Below are positions 61,401 to 64,000 of a stretch of 64,000 bases of DNA, in pieces (the stretch's first letter is position 1; each line of letters begins with the position of its first letter). Origin of the DNA: Patescibacteria group bacterium (lineage in GTDB: Bacteria; Patescibacteriota; Patescibacteriia; Magasanikbacterales; GWA2-37-8); NCBI GenBank assembly GCA_022710645.1, contig JAKLGL010000002.1:212176-276175 (forward strand). Reading direction: 5' to 3'. Under the pieces are notes generated by a model, which had not been told where the DNA came from, did not search any database, and worked only from the letters and a program-made list of their open reading frames with translations. Both the position numbers and the translations under genes were made by a program.

Positions 61401-64000
61401 TCCGGTCATATTCATAGCGATACAATGATCACCCATTCCAACTCCTTTGAAATAAAAAGGCAGGGTATCTTCTCCTTGATCGGGATTATTTTTATCCTTT
61501 CTGTCCAAAACCGGAGATTCCAAAAATTTGGTCAGATAATTTTGAGGATAAACGGCCACATTACTTAATACACAATCTTTATTTCCTGTTTTAAAAACAT
61601 AACAATAGGCCGAATTGGTTATGCCGCAAGGTTTATCAATAGCCAATTTTTGCGCTCTGGTCGCATCATCGGATTGAATAGCATTGGTTAAAACAACTTG
61701 ATACCAAGTATCGGAATTCCAAAAAACATTTTCTCCTTGCGGTCTGGAGGTAATCACAGATTTATCATCCATGTTTTCCGTTATTCTCTGAATATCAACC
61801 GCTTGTCCTAATGTTTTACAAAAATTATCGTCGGATTTTTCCGGCCCTTCTTCACATTTATAAACTATAAAACTTCCGCTATTTACCGTATTTTTATTGA
61901 CACTAGCGCTTATTTCAACGGTAAGATCGGCGGATAAACATGTATTTTCCGCTTCTTTGTTTAAAACCCTGTTTGGAGCCGGCGTTGGCAAAGTACTATC
62001 ATCCGCACTACAACGTTCAACAACATGCGGGGTTTTCGGAAAAGTTTTTGTGGTAAATCGCCACATATATCCGGCTGATTTTGTTTCTCCTTCACATAAC
62101 TCACTTTCAGATTTGCAAACACCTTTTTCTAATCCGGCTTTACAACAATGATAATTTGTTTGCTCGCAAGTATTGTTATTTTGGGTGCAATCGTTAACTG
62201 TAAAATCTATTGGGTTACTAAATTTGGCGTCCTCGTTTCTTTTTACTCTGACTGGACCGCTTTCTCCGCCAACGGGAGTATAAGCTTCTACTCTTTTATC
62301 GTTGATAGTATAAGTAGTACTGGCAATTCCTTCCGGACCTTGCCAAAAATATATTTTTGTTTTTTCTTTATCTGTTCCAAAATATTCACCATAAGCGGTA
62401 ATCGTTCCGTTATTTGGTAAAGGCAACGGACCTTCCGTAGGTTCCAATTTGCAAATACCCGGAGCCGGAGTAGTATTTCTTAAAGTAAAGTAATCTTCTC
62501 CCAAACTTCCGTCTTTTCCGCTCGGAATCACTTGAACTCTATATTTTTCATTTGCTTTAAGCTCTGTATTTTTTGGAAATTTAACAATTATTTTTTTATC
62601 TGTCCAAAAATCTTTTGAACCGCAAGCCTCCGGAAAATCAAAACTACCCAAATATTTTTTTGTAGTATCTCCTTCGTAAAAATAAACTATACCGGAACTG
62701 CTACCAAAATTCTTTCCGGAAATAGTAATGTATTCTCCCTGACCACCCTCTTTCGGAGTAATATCGGAAATTATCGGCAAGCTGGCCGAATAGGCGTTTA
62801 CCACATTCAAGCGGACAGTATTGCTTTTCAAGCCGTTTTTCTCTACATAGGTCGTATAACTTCCGTTACTTAAATTCGGAATAGTGGAAATAAAAATCTG
62901 TTCGGAATTAAAATTAGCTATATTTAAATTTTTCTCCTCTTGCGGACCTAAAATTATTCTGGTTTTCAATACGCTTTCAACAGTGCCGAAATTTTTTCCT
63001 CTATATTCCACATTTTTGGCAAAAGAAGAAACAGTGGAAGGTAAAACCGCACACAAAGAGGGTTTCGAACTTAGGTTCGCATCATAAATAAAATGCTGTT
63101 TAATACTACGCACATCCGTACTGTCACCTATTTTTGTATTGGCAATTTTATTATTTGCGGATTTAACCAATACCGGAGCGCCCGAAATTCTATTATTTAT
63201 TTCCGAAGGTACTTCCACTATTATTTGATTATTTATCCAATTGCTTCCGCCGCCACAATTAACCACTTGTGCCACAGTCCACTCATTTAAATTGGCAACA
63301 TCGGAACCTGCTGTTTTTCCTAAATAAACAGTACCGGCCACATTACCAAAATAAGCGCCGGAAATAGTCATGTAATTTCCCGGAGCTCCCTGTAAAGGAT
63401 CAAAATTTGTTATACGCATGACATTTTCACATTTTCCGTTTACACAAGCCCCGCTGGTACACTGGTAATCTTCCTGACAGTTTCCTCCTTCACAAGTTAA
63501 ACACCCGCCGCCGCAATCCGGACCGCTTGGCGGATTGGCTTGAGTTTCTCCTTCATTTAATATTCCATCAAAACAATGACCAGGTAATAAACTTACGGTT
63601 TTTACGTCTATTCCCATAGCTGAAGACCAATCAAATACGGATGCGTTCAACGTGTGTGTTTGTCCCGTGATTTTTTCAGTCGGCCAATTAACGGTAATAA
63701 CACCTGATTTTTGACAACCTGTAAAAGACGCTCCATCCAAAAAATATCCATCCACCAATAAGCTGACATTTTGAATTCCTAAATCGTCTTCAAAAGTCAA
63801 AGTAACCGGAACCGTATCACCTTGACGTAAAACTCCCAAGTCATTTATTTTGATTGTCGGAGCGATTCTATCAACACCCTCGCCTGTAACAAAAGAGATG
63901 TCTTGACAATTTCCTTTACTGGCGGAACAAACAAGTTTTTTTCCATCAGTACTTTCAACATTGCCGTTAGCCCCCTCAAAAACCAGTTTGTAATCTGTTT
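55455..64000 (-). CDS. Giant Cys-rich multidomain surface protein (partial; N-terminus beyond window end) with IPT/TIG-like, LamG/ConA-like, pseudopilin-like, VWA and Myxococcus-type Cys-rich repeats
   Basis: The track ORF 55455..63839 begins at a TTG. The frame stays open to 64000 (…TDYKLVFEGANGNVESTDGKKLVCSASKGNCQD…). VWA MIDAS DVSGSM at ~56526-56543. LamG-like at ~57150-57760. GspG-like YAANNGGNYP at ~58050-58230. Multiple CGNG/CGDGxxxxxExCD repeats. Confidence 0.8.
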   Translation of the reverse strand, partial: TDYKLVFEGANGNVESTDGKKLVCSASKGNCQDISFVTGEGVDRIAPTIKINDLGVLRQGDTVPVTLTFEDDLGIQNVSLLVDGYFLDGASFTGCQKSGVITVNWPTEKITGQTHTLNASVFDWSSAMGIDVKTVSLLPGHCFDGILNEGETQANPPSGPDCGGGCLTCEGGNCQEDYQCTSGACVNGKCENVMRITNFDPLQGAPGNYMTISGAYFGNVAGTVYLGKTAGSDVANLNEWTVAQVVNCGGGSNWINNQIIVEVPSEINNRISGAPVLVKSANNKIANTKIGDSTDVRSIKQHFIYDANLSSKPSLCAVLPSTVSSFAKNVEYRGKNFGTVESVLKTRIILGPQEEKNLNIANFNSEQIFISTIPNLSNGSYTTYVEKNGLKSNTVRLNVVNAYSASLPIISDITPKEGGQGEYITISGKNFGSSSGIVYFYEGDTTKKYLGSFDFPEACGSKDFWTDKKIIVKFPKNTELKANEKYRVQVIPSGKDGSLGEDYFTLRNTTPAPGICKLEPTEGPLPLPNNGTITAYGEYFGTDKEKTKIYFWQGPEGIASTTYTINDKRVEAYTPVGGESGPVRVKRNEDAKFSNPIDFTVNDCTQNNNTCEQTNYHCCKAGLEKGVCKSESELCEGETKSAGYMWRFTTKTFPKTPHVVERCSADDSTLPTPAPNRVLNKEAENTCLSADLTVEISASVNKNTVNSGSFIVYKCEEGPEKSDDNFCKTLGQAVDIQRITENMDDKSVITSRPQGENVFWNSDTWYQVVLTNAIQSDDATRAQKLAIDKPCGITNSAYCYVFKTGNKDCVLSNVAVYPQNYLTKFLESPVLDRKDKNNPDQGEDTLPFYFKGVGMGDHCIAMNMTGYNWLWNAKNPTFANIFGAINKNTSTVSALANTVGVAGLSESAAVFEATASKNLISKTGEGELIIDLSKPEIIEYAPNCFIACPNSVVFAKFNLAMSNNFTPGSVSLIKCNDGADCAVTSSVSNAFSFTAESGFHNLVLDLGVGTLSTNTYYIVNISSGTLFSAGSDSDNNIKGSPFARNFVWRFKTKEKLCDADRVEVLPKVFNAYAIGEKKIFASEVYSAPDECSSKGQKIDPYDFNWGWSSSNIQVATTSAFVVAGNNPFCLTNCLKRGSTIIKGVYNYNYPMCGNGKVEAGEDCDTPNTYTGGNCGFDCLSISKTKTGSLPKEKLNPLDTGAAECGDGLVSAQEDCDLGIVGNAGRNDSAMFCSANCLHQGTVLSSKWCSDNYDLYHNKVGSESDTDFSKRKKDFEQKCSLAVSQCGNGVLEPDEDCDSGSNCTSACLFANKTKTGSSLFKNLPSVCGDKKVSTDEDAYCEEKLYGENNFVSPWSLTTAVGEFFDDDNPLKTAQIRAVLTTKNKSATGKFNLICGYQTDEECQMATGNANYGVGKNSCCYPRPVKMSTYPEDKEEGVCPNTVIKVSFDRPIDVSTLKGNLLIARDYGSAPSSFCSGTQIINNDELVLLNNNDVLPWYKKFWTITVGFFQRIFSLEKVSAQWCTGEFMGEPKVSYNSVDKTFDVSISLEKALFGNTTTYKVILRNGIKDDKGVSIGENLINGKKYPFQFTFTTWGINEVCEVGSVDVVPSTVLFTKANTNTTIEAVVKAKNSQLIQRTPAYSWDYIWSKDNSNSFRLSGQLNNSTTTVISGNQNGEGDVFSVVSTTKSNVKGRSRITVFLCENPWPPFEVNGQKVWPFDDSSENYDAFNFDFNPETTATGFTGANNNQGPFTNFSAFYCADNGALGTKDDLPYMKPIVTTTAEIDLLKYYLLTNDKNADAIGIKIFRNDEHLTLNEWLNAKGYSGFNTLKIDGYDAAVDQTGNNVYIAALNVSSNVYSNIYLLSLSAYADAQTKNVFDQILNNLKFNKNLNSDYSSKACGDTIFDDDPTGICDTDLDCAKIPGKPVCLNQKEKIQRNYQRLQNMRTLKISLSAYAANNGGNYPKITENTFLNNRAFSIWENSWKSELGSQLGQSLPIDPVNKLASAGTCLKNSGKGCVIDNDCGPVPSEIGKAGYWAGEGDFTDYSLIKNNGINSGVKFATGLGHGQSFGFSSGNEKIVLKHLDRYNVDLENFALSFWFKPTEQTPAILIKKGGWSDTATNNTLGGFMIEYDKLSFAGTSPIANNGTLRFAVFPASNDSLASKQYFAIDTNEPLSLNKWHHVLVRYATSSGLMYMVVDSKEFQTVKTGIQPHNIADKNQIRIGDNNEDVIIGEGFKGQMDEIYFYAGTGFGGSVSDYNAKFENICQLHDPQTGWSAEDMRFSFACGENSLAYGYINDENSGNYSLRWTKEEDGLQNSAWSSIRTKFGLGSNFVQSSFCESEIMSSQQGICGDGVVNVNKGEKCDPPGKILSSNISPCATNPKGNYSGIKCSNDCKSTSTVSNLECSSLGTCGDGKIQIELGELCDDGENNGQLGFCWTNCRPTTTPVCGNGRLDVGEYCDTDTVLNKCVFSSGINPDYENAVAYFLIDVSGSMTWPLNGQNTIISTENPMRWSVVTSTVPVAMEKIIDAKEVKFGASFFGGSGAGNIGKINYGDTIREMGYQTGYVYEFLDYNLYLNKNIVLNLRNSRNPSGNTPTGEAIFTVINDKFNSASEPLWSYSNRNLIIVTDGEPNADSPAIEAIKEAGKRGIKVSMFGIGWGNINSDLANEAKNTGGIFKVVKNLDDAESFAGDILGIIKNPTCREYSFKSGYSCAWNCKGPGGYCGDEKINGEEECDNGKENGEDKACNQYCMKNTGASSETEPQEDKNCGNEVLQSEQGETCDNGVKNGVECIIPNGYSACSWCNSDCKLQYNECPLGQKAVTDSGFCCPPNTRFTPLLVPPYGLCNPLF

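Noticed and set aside
1-64000. CRISPR arrays, rRNA genes, transposases/integrases, prophage
   Set aside because: I saw no regularly spaced direct-repeat array, no rRNA-like conserved blocks, and no transposase or integrase-like ORF. Tail-fibre-like repeats occur only inside the giant surface protein, not in a phage gene context.

Overview
This window is a low-GC, gene-dense bacterial chromosome segment whose gene set and several short proteins suggest a Candidate Phyla Radiation (Patescibacteria)-like organism. The gene set includes fermentative energy metabolism, many secreted/surface proteins, and short forms of HrcA and the NuoF-like hydrogenase subunit. Coding strand usage is almost entirely one-sided: every CDS I can support except one small membrane protein is on the minus strand.

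From low to high coordinates:
- **Giant surface protein 1 (1..7778, partial).** Its 3' end lies outside the window, so it is absent from the ORF track. It has a signal peptide, tail-fibre-like GNVGIGTTxP repeats, Fn3-like repeats, YadA/Hep_Hag-like glycine-rich repeats, and more than 20 BNR/Asp-box (SxDxGxTW) repeats.
- **Surface-protein operon (8054..15939).** It encodes a GerMN-domain lipoprotein, two paralogous small secreted proteins, a DUF916/DUF3324-like membrane-anchored protein, a protein with a dockerin-like module, an 800-aa secreted protein and a 2-TM membrane protein. Its architecture resembles the Firmicutes Csc/WxL cell-surface complex loci.
- **Non-coding interval (16006..16690).** This ~650-nt, GC-enriched stretch carries a consensus sigma70-like promoter and a strong intrinsic terminator on the minus strand, bracketing an unidentified structured RNA of about 600 nt.
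- **Housekeeping and fermentation genes.** These comprise a response-regulator receiver, a GuaC/IMPDH-family gene, tRNA-Glu, murF, ftsI, typA, and an operon of NuoF-like flavoprotein, [FeFe]-hydrogenase HydA, fused gamma/alpha and beta subunits of a 2-oxoacid:ferredoxin oxidoreductase, and ADP-forming acetyl-CoA synthetase. They are followed by HU, an AlkD-like repair enzyme and a two-domain Kazal-type inhibitor-like protein.
- **Chaperone operon and downstream genes.** The hrcA-grpE-dnaK-dnaJ operon has a CIRCE-like operator (TTATCACTC-N9-GAGTGATAA) fused to its promoter. Then come an SPFH protein, a short YidC, a cyclophilin, a 51-aa rubredoxin-like ORF, and a low-GC islet (HAD hydrolase plus an HExxH protein) next to tRNA-Ser. 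After these are a tandem LOG fusion, gatCA, pyruvate kinase, nrdR, ftsZ, ftsA, dgkA and ybeY.
- **Thrombospondin-type-3-like (TSP3-like) proteins and giant surface protein 2 (53524..>64000).** Two membrane-anchored proteins with TSP3-like Ca-binding repeats precede a second giant protein of more than 2840 aa that runs off the window end. It carries IPT/TIG-like, LamG/ConA-like, VWA, pseudopilin(GspG)-like and many Myxococcus-type CxxCGNG/ECD cysteine-rich repeats.

I saw no CRISPR array, rRNA, or transposase/integrase. Short AAGATT/AATCTT and TATAAAGTT repeat families recur in intergenic regions, including a perfect 23-bp direct repeat flanking ftsI.
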